From: Paecilomyces variotii
Lineage: Eukaryota
Direction: 5' to 3' (one strand)
DNA length: 64,000 nt
Assembly (NCBI GenBank): GCA_004022145.1
Contig: RCNU01000005.1
Position 1 is the stretch's first letter; each line of letters starts with the position of its first letter. The position numbers and the translations under genes are program-made. The notes below the pieces were generated by a model. It saw only the letters and a list, made by a program, of their open reading frames with translations. It made no database searches and was not told the DNA's origin. Positions 1 to 13,211 of the stretch are shown here, one piece after another.

Positions 1-915
1 ACTTACCCCCTCATCCTGTGGTATAGAAGCGACCTGCTTGCGGCCGATTGTCCAATCCTCATAAGTGCCGCCGGACAATTCAACAAAATCGAAACGCATT
101 TTCTCAAATTCAATGCACAGTTGAACAGTCTCTTCCAAGTTGAACGTGCTCTCCTGGAATTCAACAGCGTTAATCTTAATACCAACGGTAAAGGTTTCTG
201 CCACTCGTTCGGATATTGCCTTTCGAATCTCGGATATCAACTTCATTCTGTTCTTTATGTTGCCCCCGTAATTATCTTGACGTTTGTTTGTTCGGGCCGA
301 CAGGAATTGGCTTAGCAGGTGCCCATGAGCTGCTTGCAACTGGATACCGTCGAACCCAGCCCTTTCAGCATATGCGGCGGCATGAGCAAAACCCTCCACA
401 ATATAGCTGATGTCCTCCCTTTTTGCTTCCCGGGGCTTACCAAAATCAGCCCCAAAGCTCCCTCCGCTCACCCCTATGTCGCTCGCACTAATTGGAAATG
501 GTTGCAGGTATACCGGGGTCTGACGACCGGGGTGGCATAGTTGAGCAATAATGAGGGAGCCATGACATTTTGCTTCCAATGCGATTTTACTGAATCTCTC
601 AAATTGCAAACCCTCAAACGGTGCATCTATAGGTATGATAGGATCTCCGGCTGACACGAGATGCTGAGGATCGATCATAATATTACCAGTAATGATAACT
701 CCAATGTCACCCTCGCCCCAGCGCCGGTATAAGTTGACGAGCTCAGCAGAAGGGATTCCACGAGAGCCAGAATCAGAAGCAGAGAAAGACGCCATGCATT
801 CGGCTGTAGAGCTCTTCAGTAAGCGGTTTATGGCCCACTTACCCGAGAATGAGAATAACAGACGGCGTCCCAATAGGTCTGGGCTGATGCTCTCCGGACC
901 AGTAGAAGATGGCAT
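1..915 (-). CDS. NADH:flavin oxidoreductase / Old Yellow Enzyme family (5' part; runs off window start)
   Basis: Manual translation from ATG at 915 is open to base 1, so it is missing from the ORF track. It reads ...NRLLKSSTAE...LYRRWGEGDIGVIITGNIMID...IIAQLCHPGRQ...AERAGFDGIQLQAAHGHLLSQFLSARTNKRQDNYGG...GIKINAVEF...DFVELSGGTYE, which are classic OYE motifs. GTAAGT at the edge is a likely intron donor. Confidence 0.92.
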   Translation of the reverse strand, partial: MPSSTGPESISPDLLGRRLLFSFSGKWAINRLLKSSTAECMASFSASDSGSRGIPSAELVNLYRRWGEGDIGVIITGNIMIDPQHLVSAGDPIIPIDAPFEGLQFERFSKIALEAKCHGSLIIAQLCHPGRQTPVYLQPFPISASDIGVSGGSFGADFGKPREAKREDISYIVEGFAHAAAYAERAGFDGIQLQAAHGHLLSQFLSARTNKRQDNYGGNIKNRMKLISEIRKAISERVAETFTVGIKINAVEFQESTFNLEETVQLCIEFEKMRFDFVELSGGTYEDWTIGRKQVASIPQDEGVS

Positions 916-1928
916 TTTTTTGGTGATTTTCTTTGTTGTCAGGTTGTATAATAATACTTATAGATGTGTTAAGCAGAAGGGCCGTCCTGTTTAGGTAATC
1001 CTTAACTGGGTCTTGGTAATAATGCACAGTCTCTTCTATAGCTTATGCGGTTAATGTATGGCACGAATATTTTAGTGCAAAGCAGCCTACGGTAATATTA
1101 TGTTCTACAGGCTCTAGAGTGTTCAATCCGAGAACTAATAATTAATCATCTTACATATGTTCGGTTAGTACGTTGATCACAAGCCCACAGATAGCTTCGA
1201 CACCCAATTTCCGCAGTAGGATTCTTCAAATCGCGGGATCAGTAAATGTAGTAATAGACTATTGGACCCAGGTAGTTAAGCACCTTCTAGCACAGGGTTG
1301 TCGTCCTCGCACTAACCTTTACAGTGCTGGGGCTAATATCCGTTTTCTATTTTGCTGAGTTTAATTTGTTTTGTGTAGCACCGCCCGTTGGGGTTCGAGC
1401 GAAGTGGGGACGAGAGCCACTTTAAAAAAAAAGGTTCGAAAAATCTAAGAACGTTCAACTTGTTCAACCAAATGCAGAATGATAACCATTTCGACCTTAA
1501 TGTGCTTAGTCGGTTGTGTTCATTCTTCCAAAAAAGAGACATAGGTTTTTACTTCTAAGGCATTCGCCTTCCTGGGCAGTATACGATTCCTTTCAACAAA
1601 ATGAATACTCGTAAGACCTGATTAAGGGACTATATTTTACCGCATGATTGCAGACCTGGTACCGAAAGTCAATGAACATGTTCAACAAATCAATATTTTC
1701 TTCTCTAGTACCTTCACTTGCCCCTGGTTTCTTAAGTGTTTCACCAAGCTTTCTGCATATGATGTCTTAGAAGACTCGGTCTTAGTATAAATACTTGAAA
1801 CGCAGACTTAAGCCTACCCAGCACTTTTCTTAGTGCCGGCCTTGACTGATACCAGCCACGATTCACCTTCTAGAAATATTCCTTTACTAGATAGTACGAG
1901 TGTATCCAATTGGAAATCACCTTTCACA

Positions 1929-2729
1929 ATGACTGGAATCACTGCAATGATCAAAGCGGCCATTAGGTGAGTACTGATTAATATGTGAACGAAAGAGCCG
2001 GTAACTGAGTGAAATAGAGTGCCACATATGGAGGTTAATAGGATGAATTCTGCCCGTGTACTCCAATGCTTAAGCGGAGAGAAGAGGTCCCTCGGTCTCT
2101 ATACGCTTGGCTTCTCCTATTATGCGGAGATGTACCTCGCCTTCGAGGAAGCATGGAGAGACCTTAGGGACTGGATTGTCAAGTATCCCTGCAGCTCAAC
2201 TAGTCCCAGTTACGAAAAGAGAATCTCAGATCTCTTAAAGCTTCTTAGCATGGTCGACCTTTATCGGACAGAGCGGCTTATAGAAGATCTTAAGAGACTA
2301 CACTCCTCTTACCCCGCCATGACCAATCTGACTACCAATGAGTCGCACGACATGCATATAAAAGACGTCATCAAACGCCGCATAAATGAGAACCCGCACA
2401 AACTGCTCGCGTACGTCTGGGTACTCTACTCGGCTTTGTTTAACGGCGGCCGATTTATTCGCCAAGTGATACTCAAAGCTGGACCCGGATTTTGGGGTCT
2501 AACCACGGATGACGAAATTCAATCCTTTCCACCTCCTTTGTCCTTTTGGGCAGTTAATAATGACCCGGAGTTCCACGAAGCTTTTAAATCTCGAGTGAAC
2601 GAGGCCGGTGAGCTTTTGACTTTGCATGAACGACAGGATGTGATTCAAGAATCGGTCTGGATCCTTCACAGGTGCAAGGAACTGACCGAGGAGCTTGATG
2701 AACGAGCAAAAGTATATAGAGATTCTTGA
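1929..2729 (+). CDS. Heme oxygenase-like protein (2 exons, intron 1967-2017)
   Basis: Splicing GTGAGT...AG gives MTGITAMIKAAIRVPHMEVNR. HO-like motifs are present: LYRTERLIEDL, LLAYVWVLYSALFNGGRFIR and PLSFW. Confidence 0.8.
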
Positions 2730-3843
2730 CAGCCTGATGGATGACCTGAACGCGGTCCTCTAGAAGGCTTCAACCACATGTGCAGCAATAGCCAACGAGG
2801 CGGCACGAATTTTAATCAATATATGGATTGCGAAAACTATGTATGATATATGGAAGAGCCTCTCGATAAATCGAAGGGTCTTGTTCCCATTCCATTATAT
2901 GTATGAACAAAATTAGAATACTTCACAGGAGCAAGTGCCTTGTGATGCATCTGAAGCACTCTGTACAGCAGTTAGAACGAGATATACATGTATTATAAAG
3001 ATAACAAAACACTACTCTCGAGGAAGAATTCCATGGAATAAGAGCCTTATATCTTGCGACTGAGATAGTTGAGATTTTTTTCGGGGAGCTTCAAAATTGG
3101 TTGATAATGAGGGTCAACTGCCCGCGGGCTATGCGGAAGGGAGGCGCCATATGTTCTTCGAAAATTAAAAAAAAAACCTCCCGATGAATTAGACCTATAA
3201 AGCAACGTACTGTACAGTAGTGGTTACACATTCTGCTGCCTAGTAAGGGGCAAGATCCTGAGGCATAGAAGACAATGATTGAAGACCCCTTCAAGAAGTC
3301 GATCTCTTCTTGAGCTCGATTCAGTGACCTGAGAAGTCAGCCTGCCCTTCTCAAAACGTTGCTTAAATGGAAACCCTGGTTTCACTATTTCATACAGGGA
3401 AATGAAAGTCATGAAGGAAGTATCTAGCCACTCAAGAAGGGCTGCTCTACATCCTCAGCAGGATAAATCTTATTGATAGTAATTTGAAACCCCAAAGTCC
3501 GTCAGACGCATATTCTTGGTTTAGGGAAAGTAAATTGGCCCCTACTCACAGATCATGCGAAGATGCCCAAAATTCCCAAGCAATTCTTGACCCCTTCGAA
3601 ATAGTAGGATTAACTCAGAAACACCATATACCTTTGGCATTCGTTGATATACACCAAACTTTCCTGCCCTTCACAACCACGAATCTCAGCAGTTTATACC
3701 TGAGCCTCAATTCTAGTATCGCCAACAAAATTTGGGGAAAGGAGCGTTGGCCTTATATATATGTATAAGCAAGACCTGCCCTGTCTTGATCAAATATTGT
3801 ATTACAATCGACCAAAATAATTGCAAAAGCGGAAGAGTTTATC

Positions 3844-4146
3844 ATGGATCATCAATCTTCTTGGAATACCGATATGCATCTGAATAGCATAGGAGAGACA
3901 ATCAACCATGAGATACTCGAACAAACGGAATGGGAATTCGAGTCCGACTACTCGGAGCCCGGTTTCAATGATGAGAACTTCCTCGGCAACCAGGGGCCAA
4001 ATAGTCCCGCTTGGGTAAATAAATACGCCAACTATGAACTTTTAGACTCAGATGACTCATCTGAGGGAGACACTGCAAATTCGGTGAGCGCTCTTTGGGC
4101 TACTATAATGAAAAGCATATTTATGGTGTTTACTCTAGGTTCTTAG
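3844..4146 (+). CDS. Small acidic hypothetical protein (probably spliced after 4083)
   Basis: 100-aa ORF with a TATA-like sequence upstream (~3753). A GTGAGC donor at 4084 and AG acceptors near 4138-4146 are present. No recognisable domain. Confidence 0.35.
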   Translation: MDHQSSWNTDMHLNSIGETINHEILEQTEWEFESDYSEPGFNDENFLGNQGPNSPAWVNKYANYELLDSDDSSEGDTANSVSALWATIMKSIFMVFTLGS

Positions 4147-5205
4147 CGAAGAGACTGACGGTATAACCATTCTTGGCGAACGAAAAGTTGACATAGCCAG
4201 TGGTAGAAAGACTCAGTTTCTTGTGCAGTGTTGGGTTGACGAAAAGCATATGGAACTGTTTATTGAGTTGATGAGAATGTCATAACTTTGACCTTATGGA
4301 CGCCCGTACATATTTCCTTCATCGGTCCAGATCTGAGTTCGCGGGTGTACACCACATCAAACCATTTAAACCTCACTGTTGCACGCCCGCAGGAAACTGT
4401 ACCAAGCCTGACATGTTATTGTCACAAAGAGGAGAAATGGAGAAGTAAAGATGGAGAATGTAGAGTGAATTTCCCTTATTCAGGGACAAGGATAAAAAGG
4501 GAAAAAGAAAATAAAATAGTCAACTAAACTCTCCAAAAGCCATAATTTCACTCCCTCTCCGTAGCGTCGTGGCTTCTACAAGAATATCTATTCGCCGGGA
4601 GGGCTACTGTACCATACTGTGCTAGTGAAGAAGTTGAAGAGACATCTATACGGCGTCGTGCATCTGAAAGCTCTCTGTAATCTACAGAAATGCGATAACA
4701 ATAGCGAACACTGGATGAGATGACCAGAAAACCACCAGCGAAAGCTTTTTGTCAACCTGAAACTGTTTACCATCCTGCTGGTGCAAGGGCTCTCCACGAT
4801 ATACTGTATTTATTAATTTGTGATTTTCCAAGTATTACGAGGGCCTCAACAGATGGTTGCACGCTGCTCAACAACACACAGTGCTGGGCTTCGGCTCAAT
4901 GCTCCCTAGACACCCTTTTATGATAGCTCTCACCACTAGCTAAGCCTCAAAGCGCGTGACAAACAAGAATGGTGGGAGAAATCACATGATGAACCAGCAT
5001 TGATTAGAAAGGCAATATGCAAACTACCGCCTGGGGACGTATGCTTCTGATTCAAAGTGATACAGGACCACATGTAAGAAGCAAAATTGTCTCTTTATTC
5101 TTCTCTCTTATCTTTTGTTTATATAATAGGCCATGCACTTGGCCATAGAAATAGTCCTAAGTAAGTCAAGTTACACTACACATTCCTAATGCCTTCTTAC
5201 CCAAG

Positions 5206-6796
5206 ATGTGGCTTAACAGCTTCCAGCTTCACCTAGGTTGGAAACACAGACTAGTGGTGATTGTGACTGCTAGCATTGTATTATGGCTTTTGGGAAAATA
5301 CCTTTCTTTCCTAATCGGTGATGTGAGTAACTAGATTACCTGTTACCTCTACGCACTCTTATCTAACAGAAGAATAACTTTCTCAGTTCCAATATGTCGA
5401 GCATATCGATATTTCGGGATTTTACAATGATGGCAACATTCAAGAGCTCGGGTGCGAGAATATGAGGCAAACTGGCCATATTAGCGCGCAAAGAAGCATC
5501 CCCTTGCATGACAACATCACCCAGATAGCTAGTGCTTTAGCATCCCATCCCATGGTACACCTTAACGAAAAAAAGGTATCAGTGCCTGGCAAGGTAAATC
5601 CCAATCGCTGGACCCAATTCGCAGGTGCAGGGGTGTGGCTCCCCGAATACAATGTCTATCTTGTTGTTTCCCGTGTGGTATACACAAGGCCAGGTGTTTC
5701 ATGGCCCACAATTAGCTTCTTAAGGGGACAATTATTTGACGAAGACTGGAACCACCTGGAAAAACATACAATAGAGTGGTATGGCACCAAGATGTATTTT
5801 CCCATGGTATTTGAGATACCAGCAGTGTGGTGGGAAGAGGGGGGCTTCTTCGGTCCAGAGGACCCTCGAATAATCTTAGACGAGGGCGTCCAAGGTGCCG
5901 AGCCGCTTATTGTCTTTAACATGATCTCGAATGGTGCAGGAAGTCCACGAGCCATGTGGATCCATAAACCATTCTCGAACTTTACGACGATACTGACAAT
6001 ACGGAACGAGGAAAGAAGGCCCGAGGAGAAGAATTGGGCCCCCTTCTTTCATAACAAGCCCAGTGCAGGTAAAAGAACCGGGACCAATGAGTATCTGCAC
6101 TTTGTGTATAGTCTCAGGCCCCTACAGGTGCTCAGCTGTATGATTAGGACTGGTGAGTGTGACTGGGTATTCAGACAAGAAGTCCCAGATGCTTTAGCAG
6201 AATGGCATGGAGATACACGAGGAGAAATGCGGGGCGGAACGAACTTTGTGCCAATCCCTATAGATGGACATTTGGACATCCAGACGTATATCGGTCTTCC
6301 TCGAACGCATCTTAATTTCTGCAAAGCTGGTGCAACCTATCGCCCAGAAATAACGGTACTTTCCGGCTTCGAATCCAAGTTCCACATCGCATATGCCAGT
6401 GTTGCAACCGAATTCGGACACACGTTGCTTGATAAAGATCTCCTCAGTAATCCTTGTACCAAGGGTAATATCTTGATACCTAGCAGCATTGCACGATGGG
6501 TCTACAACTCCAGGGAAGACATGATGGCAGTGTCATTCAGCATAGCTGACGAAAACATTCACATCCTCCGCCTCTACGGTGTGTTGAGTTTCATCCGCAG
6601 CCTGCCATACTATAGCCGGTTCTTGAAACTTGACAACCCACATCATGACGACGCCTCTCGCAATTTTCGCTGGTCAGTGGTAGGGAACGAGGTAATAGCA
6701 TGCTCTGTAGAAGCAGCGGCTAATTCAAGTCGAGCGGACTCAATTCTTGCAGAAATGGGTGAATTGTCCAAGGCACTAGAGCAGATTCGCATTTAG
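5206..6796 (+). CDS. Beta-1,2-mannosyltransferase-like (BMT/DUF3589, GT91) type II membrane protein
   Basis: Exon 1 encodes an N-terminal anchor (MWLNSFQLHLGWKHRLVVIVTASIVLWLLGKYL), followed by an intron from 5323. The 444-aa frame has FAGAGVWLPEYNVYLVVSRV, GPEDPRII, EKNWAPF, RGGT and YRP motifs typical of BMT enzymes. Confidence 0.85.
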
Positions 6797-6841
6797 AGAT
6801 ACTTTGTGTGGCTGGAGCAGACCGAAGAAATCAATGATCAA

Positions 6842-7930
6842 ATGGCACCGATTCCATGGGAGATCAAAGTCAAGATTGCTTCCTTTTGTTCTTATAGCGC
6901 CGTGCTGTCGCTGGGGAGATCTTCATTGGCTTTCCATAATTTACTACACGAACCTACTTTGATACGAGAGATTGCAGAAACCGTCTACTATAGCCGCCAA
7001 TTCAACAACACAGGGTTATGGTCATCCACCCATCTCGATATACAGCATGCCAAATCTATCTGCATAGCGGTGGAAATGACCACCAGCTCTGCTAAAAAGT
7101 CCATATCTCTTGCTGAGTTCATCGCGCCAAAGATCATACTAGCTTCCTATTCGCATCCTCTTACTTGCGTCTTTGATTTGAAAACCTTACAACAGTGTCT
7201 GTGTATTGCTGAATATTACAAGCTAGCCAATTCGATACCAGATATTGCATTTTGCTTGGTTGCAACAACTTTGGAACAAGGAAAACTAGAACAAGATTTT
7301 TATATGCTGAGAAGCATTACTAGAAGCGCTATCTCCAACTCCGAAGGTTTACCTATAATAATCTTTCTTGCCATCAATCTATCCAGAGAAGATTTCCTAG
7401 TAAATTTACCGCGACCACGATTATCACTCATTCCATTCGGAATTTTACTAGGCGAATTTCTATCCCTTTTAACAGGACGATATAGTATTGCAACGCTTCA
7501 ACAAACATCTCAACTCTCTGCTGTCACCCGATTTTCTTGATTGCGAGTGGATCGGTGTTTATTATCGGGAAGAAACTGACAGTATTTACGTGTTCGATTC
7601 TGTTCAGTTAATGATAACGCGTGACTCGGGCTGTTTGAAAGCCTCTGTATCGATTGACCAAGAATCTCTAGATATCGAAAGCAAGAATTTCATGATAACG
7701 GCGTTCGGGCTCGTCACCTTCTAGGAAGGGGTATCATGGTTCTGGAAGAAATATTAGTATAACGGCGGATTTCAAACGGTAGACGCTGGACATGATTACC
7801 AGCACGAAACTGGTTCGATTGTAAGACAACCTTGATCTTCGCGGGTAATCACTGAGCTGATAATCATAGGCCTATACGGTACAAATAAAGATATCTCAAG
7901 AATTTCGGATTTCTGTGGATGGCGTTAGTG
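6842..7930 (+). pseudogene. F-box protein, frameshifted with a degenerate 3' half
   Basis: N-terminal F-box-like sequence (IPWEIKVKIASFCSYSAVLSLGRSS). Coding appears to shift frame near 7490 into ORF 7488-7724 (EWIGVYY) and then meets stops. The 3' end is approximate. Confidence 0.5.
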
Positions 7931-8809
7931 GCGGGCTGAAATTTCAGAAAGATTACTTCTCGCTCGACGATGCACATGCCATGATGGAACTATCCCGATT
8001 CTGAAGAACTGGAAATGAGACTTGAAAGAAGAGAAATATATACATAGCAACTCGCTCTGGTAACTTAACAATACGGCTGAAGAGCTAGGCGCACACCCAG
8101 GCTAGATCTTCTATACTATTACTAAGGGCTTTGGTTCGCACAGCCACTGAAGACCTCTAAGTCCACCCCTCAGGGAGATGATAATATACGTATTGGTATT
8201 TCCCATTGGCAGGCTCGAGTATGGGCAATACAACGCAGATCTGACGAGCGCTCTGCTCGTGTGAGTTACATTATCATAGTATTTTACTTTACTGTATAGT
8301 ATTATTTTAACACTACCCCCGTGATTCTCCTTTTACAGCTGCTAATTGTTCATAATGAGCTCAATACTATTGACCAATATATTCTCCCATAAGATACCAA
8401 ATAAAAACATCGATAATCCGCACATGATTCGATATTTTCTGTGAGGTTTGAAGGCTAACACCTCGTGATTGTACACGTAGATTTGATAACAAAATTGTTG
8501 AACATCTTCTGGAGATCACTCTATAACTTTGTTAAACATCCGGAGTTCTAATATGCACTCTACTTTTGATACTACGGTGTATTCCAGCATCAAATGAAAG
8601 TTTTGTAGCTGTATATGGAGTATCAATAAAGCATAATTTATGTCAAACCCTCTGGTTTATTTCATGAAATAGGGGCGGGGTATGAGATACTCCTCAATTC
8701 TGGGGTGACCGCAAAAAGCTCCATGATTATCAAGTTAACCACAATTGAAGCACCTCCAGAACATATGTTCCCACTTGACTAGTCATAAGAGCCCGTGTAT
8801 ATCTGCAAA

Positions 8810-8829
8810 TTATATATATATATATATAT
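8810..8829. repeat. (TA)n microsatellite
   Basis: tatatatatatatatatat run. Confidence 0.85.
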
Positions 8830-9178
8830 GGACACTAATGTGTAATCGAAGTATTCACTATATCTAAAGAATCACGAACTACCATATGTGATACTGGCTG
8901 CTACAATGACCACCTCTAGTAATCAAAAGCGTACTTTCTGGAGGAATAAATGTCGAAGGGCGCTTGCAGAGCATATAAGTAAGGTACCCATCGTTACTCA
9001 TACCGACATCCCAAGTCCGGATTTCGAGACGGTGGGATAAAATAGTTCGAAGCACTAGCCCCATGATTATTAACGACAGAAATGAAAAGAGACCACATAT
9101 TAAATAGTCTTCATCAGGATGCTGACATAAAATATAGACAGTCGACTTGGCTTTGAGATTCCACCTGATAAGATCCGC

Positions 9179-9737
9179 TTGCAGCCACGTCACGAAGATC
9201 CATACAGATGGCATGTTGCTGATCACCTGAAGCCCCTCTTCAAATCAAATTTAAGCAGTGGCAGTGTTGGAAATTTTCAAAAGATCTGCCATGCCTTGAA
9301 AGCCCCAGACCTAATAGAAGCAATACATCCAGAGGCTTTGCAAATTGACCAAGACCTTGAGGTATATATGACTATATCCTATTCTATTCTTATATCTAGT
9401 TCGCTGATTATTTCAGACGGAGAAACAAAACTCAGTCTCCAGCAGTAGCTTCGCAGCTACGATACAGAGGCTTGAGAAGGAAAAGCAGGACGTGCTGGCT
9501 GATAGCCAACGACTGTGCGAAAAGCAAGAACATGATCTCTTAAGCGCTCAAGTCGAATGGGAAGCAGAGCGTCGGAAGCTACAAGAGGAAATATCACGGT
9601 GGAAGGATGCCGTATCGTCCTATGACCTCAGGATTCAAGAGTTGAAAAGGGTAGTCTGCCCTGTCCTGGATACACTAAACCTTCATTTACCTGGGCTGTT
9701 CGGTACGATTCATGCCGAGCAACACTTGGTAGATTAG
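9179..9737 (+). CDS. Coiled-coil hypothetical protein (spliced, 5' end degenerate; possibly a pseudogene)
   Basis: Two ORFs linked by a GTATAT...GCTGAT...CAG intron (~9362-9417). Heptad-rich sequence: EWEAERRKLQEEISRWKD. Confidence 0.4.
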
Positions 9738-11385
9738 CAGCATCCGAGAAGTTATCTGCGTTGAGATTAATAGGAGGTTGCTTTGCTTAGCTTAGTTTCA
9801 TTCAATTCTTTCACGTCATTTTATTATGTGTTTCAAGTTTTTACGTTTACATTGAACGTGTTCCCATCGTCCTTGGAGTTTAGAAAAGTTCTGGGAAGAG
9901 AGCCCAGCAGAGATCGAAGTCTCCTGCCGCTGTATGCTTCTTTCTCACGAAAACATTCTGTAATATGAGTTAGCGGTAACTCGTTGACATACTTAAAGCA
10001 CTAAGGCCATTGCATTATAGACTATTATTGTGTCACTTCTAACTTAGTAGATATTAAACCCATTTTTTGCATTTTTATTTATCGTCCACTTGGTTGAGCC
10101 TACGTTCTCGAATATACCTAACAAACATCGTGGCATCTTGCAATCTCATTATAGACTCAGGGAGATTACTGTATGATCTCAAGAACCGCTTACTGGGCCT
10201 CTTACTGTAGTCTTAGCTTTTTCCGTATTTTATCATTAGCCTCGGTAAGTATGTTCAAATCTAAACTTTCCTATGCGAATGTTTTGAATCACATTCTCAG
10301 GCGGGAGGCAGTCAAGGTTCACTTTGACACATGCTACAGTATAAGTAGTTCTAGATTTTTTGCAGTTGTATCAGATAACACTAGAGAGCTGACCAATTTC
10401 CCTCTTTAACCTTTTCTGATCGATCTTCCATCTAGAGTGGAAGATCTACCTCAAGAACATAATGATAGACAGCAGAGCAAGAGTTGCACCTTTTCCTGAA
10501 GAATATGGGTGAAGTAGTGATGACTAGTGTAACATGATATTGTGAGGACAAATAGGAATGTGACTAATAACCTACCTTTGCTATTTATTAATCAGCGAAG
10601 GAGATCTGATGAGCTGTGCGCCGCATGCGCGCGGCAACAGTGGTCCGCGTTGGGATAAACGGTTCACAATCAAGTATACCTTGGTAAAAGCTTCAAAGGA
10701 AGAGGGGAAAGCATTTAGCAGCACTTCAATGCTGTTGGGAGGCAGCAAAGGTAAGAAAATCAAGTACGTGCCACATCTTTTGCTATTACATACTAAGAAA
10801 CCCAATACTCGCCTTTCTAGAGGCATCGCAACGGTTCCAAAATGGCACGCCATGGAGCTGAGCAATGAGAATGGCAAATTAGGCCATGATGGAAGAGTAT
10901 GAGACCCTGTGATGATCTTTATTAGATGATAGAAGCTATATATATCCCCTAAGACATGGTGGTGGTACCCCGCGTATTACTTCATTGCAGAGGTAGGATT
11001 GAATAGAAGCAACCGGTAAACCAACTCGCGTTATAAAAAAGAGAAATCGCTTATGCGAGCTGGGTGTGGCCTGCAATATCCGATAGTACATTTAGATTCG
11101 AGTTAGCATTACATATAAGCTACGTCGAATTTTAGCCTAGGTGTGAGAGGTATTGCTCCGAACTTCTTAAACCAGTTCACCTTTAACCTATCTTTCGGTT
11201 TTAGTACCATTACAGTAGATATATTTCGTCTATATTATTGGTTGCTGATCTTGCTTAAAGATATCTCTAAATACACAGTTTATACAGAACATTATACTAA
11301 CTTGGCTATAAATGTCAAGCTCTTCGGACATTTACCATTCCCATCGCACAATAAATATATTCTGTAATCATAATATCGCTTCATC

Positions 11386-12292
11386 TTAAGCTCGAAGGGG
11401 CGAAACCATAGCTTCTTCACCATTATTTGCCTTTCTGTCAAGAGTTCTGAAGGCCAAATGCCAATGTATATACCATGGTCCAAAAATTCGTGACCTGCCG
11501 TGTTTAAAGACCCATCCTTCAGAAATACCTTCAGCAGCCCTAGTAAGATTCTTGATTTCTTCGTGCGTTCGTGTGCGAAGCATTGACACAAAACCATCAA
11601 TGCCCAGGGCCACCCAGATCACAAACATAAAGCACATTTGCAAGAGCGATCCCTGGAGTAGTGCGTGCACGAAGGGTAGTGGAGAAATAGTAGTCACACA
11701 CCAGAACAAGAACGTGGTAAGATCTCTTTGGAGGAACTCGAAAATTCTATAGCCACGTTAGTCCGGGTTTCTAGATGTCTTGTTGCAAGACATACATATA
11801 TGCATCTGTAAACTGCATCGCACTGTGCAAAACCTTTTTGGCGGAAGCATCATTGAAATGATGAAACGAAATGTTAAATATCCGGCACTCCTTGCCAGAT
11901 GTAACTTTTCCCAGCTCTGCCGCATCGACAGAGTCCTGGATAAAGGAAATATTTTTCTGCTCTTTCTTAATAGCCTTCCATTCCTCCACACGGGGCTTGA
12001 TATCAGCCAAGATGAATTGCACCGAATGACGGTATTCGGTTCCAAGAGCTTTCTCAATGGCCGGGATAGGACCCCCCGCTCCGGCACAGGGGTCGACAAA
12101 AGTATATAAAGAAGCGTCCGGGAGGTTCTCAAGGATGATATTTGCAGCAGCCTCGGCGGCAGTGTGTCTCACGGCAGGAATGCGGAAATTCCAGAGTGCA
12201 GTCAAATAGGTTTGAATGAATTTTACCACAAATTCAGGACACCAGGACTGATCTTCTATCTCAAACAGATGGAAGCGAGGAAAAAGAGTCAT
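11386..12292 (-). CDS. SAM-dependent methyltransferase-like conserved fungal protein (intron 11795-11747)
   Basis: FPRFHLFEIEDQSWCP, FVDPCAGAGGP (motif I), FILAD, SVDA and FNISFHHFND. Splicing joins in frame to IFEFLQRD...DGFVSMLRTRT. Confidence 0.75.
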
Positions 12293-12819
12293 GTTGAGTA
12301 AATGGTACTTGTAAGGTCGAGTCTGCTTAGATGTCCTTGGACTTCTCACTTGCTTTATAAATATGGATTCTAGTATGAGATACTGCACAAACTCAAGCAT
12401 ATATTACAGTTTACAATGTACAGTTGCAAGTCAGTTGTCTGAACTGCCTTGCCATCATGCTACAAAGCTACTTTTTACTGTGTGCGAGAACTGTTCGACA
12501 GATACAGTGCCTTCCCTACCCAAATTCTTTTGGTTTTAAAATTCCGGAAGTGGGGACACTTTGCCATATGGTTAGAGAGAATGTTGATAGGTAGGGAAGA
12601 TTTTGCAAAGCACTGTAGATTATTCGCAAATTGTTTATATGATGAACGTTTGCGGAAAGAGTGTGCGTGCAGATTCGCATTTGTTCGCTTAACGCTACTC
12701 TTGGTGGACCTAACTAGGCATTGCCTTCAGGCGGCATTGTGCGGCGGACCCATCCGACTAACAGTCGATGTGATTGGCTGTGTGACGATCATACTGTGCT
12801 TTGTCAATATCACGCAGTA

Positions 12820-13211
12820 AGGTAATCGGTAAGCGAGCGGGCCATCTCTGTATTCCATATAAAAAGGCACTTTTTATAATCTAAATAACTTAACCACTAG
12901 AACTAGTAGCGCTATAATACTTAGTATAGAGATATATCTAAATTATATAAAGATGGAATATATTTTTTTAAAATTTTTAATTATTTTATTTCGAGCTCTA
13001 TACTATTATGTATAGAATACAAAAAATACAGTGTAATTTATTTTACTCAGTGAACTACTTGATAGATAGCTTTCTACGTTAGATATATGATATCTAAAGT
13101 AAATATAAGTATGTCTATTAAATCTTAAATATCTAGCAGCTCTGGTTGTTGAGATATAAAATGTGGATTTATATAGTAAATCACAGTGGCCCGCTCGCTT
13201 ACCAATTACGT
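12820..13211. mobile_element. Vader/Fot1(pogo)-type MITE, 392 bp, TA target-site duplication
   Basis: Left end AGGTAATCGGTAAGCGAGCGGGCCA; right end reverse complement ACGTAATTGGTAAGCGAGCGGGCCA. TA lies at 12818-19 and 13212-13. The interior is very AT-rich. Confidence 0.85.

Noticed and set aside
3-1027. Short ORFs listed in the track
   Set aside because: They are off-frame or antisense to the real OYE frame (915 to 1), which the track missed because it has no stop in the window.
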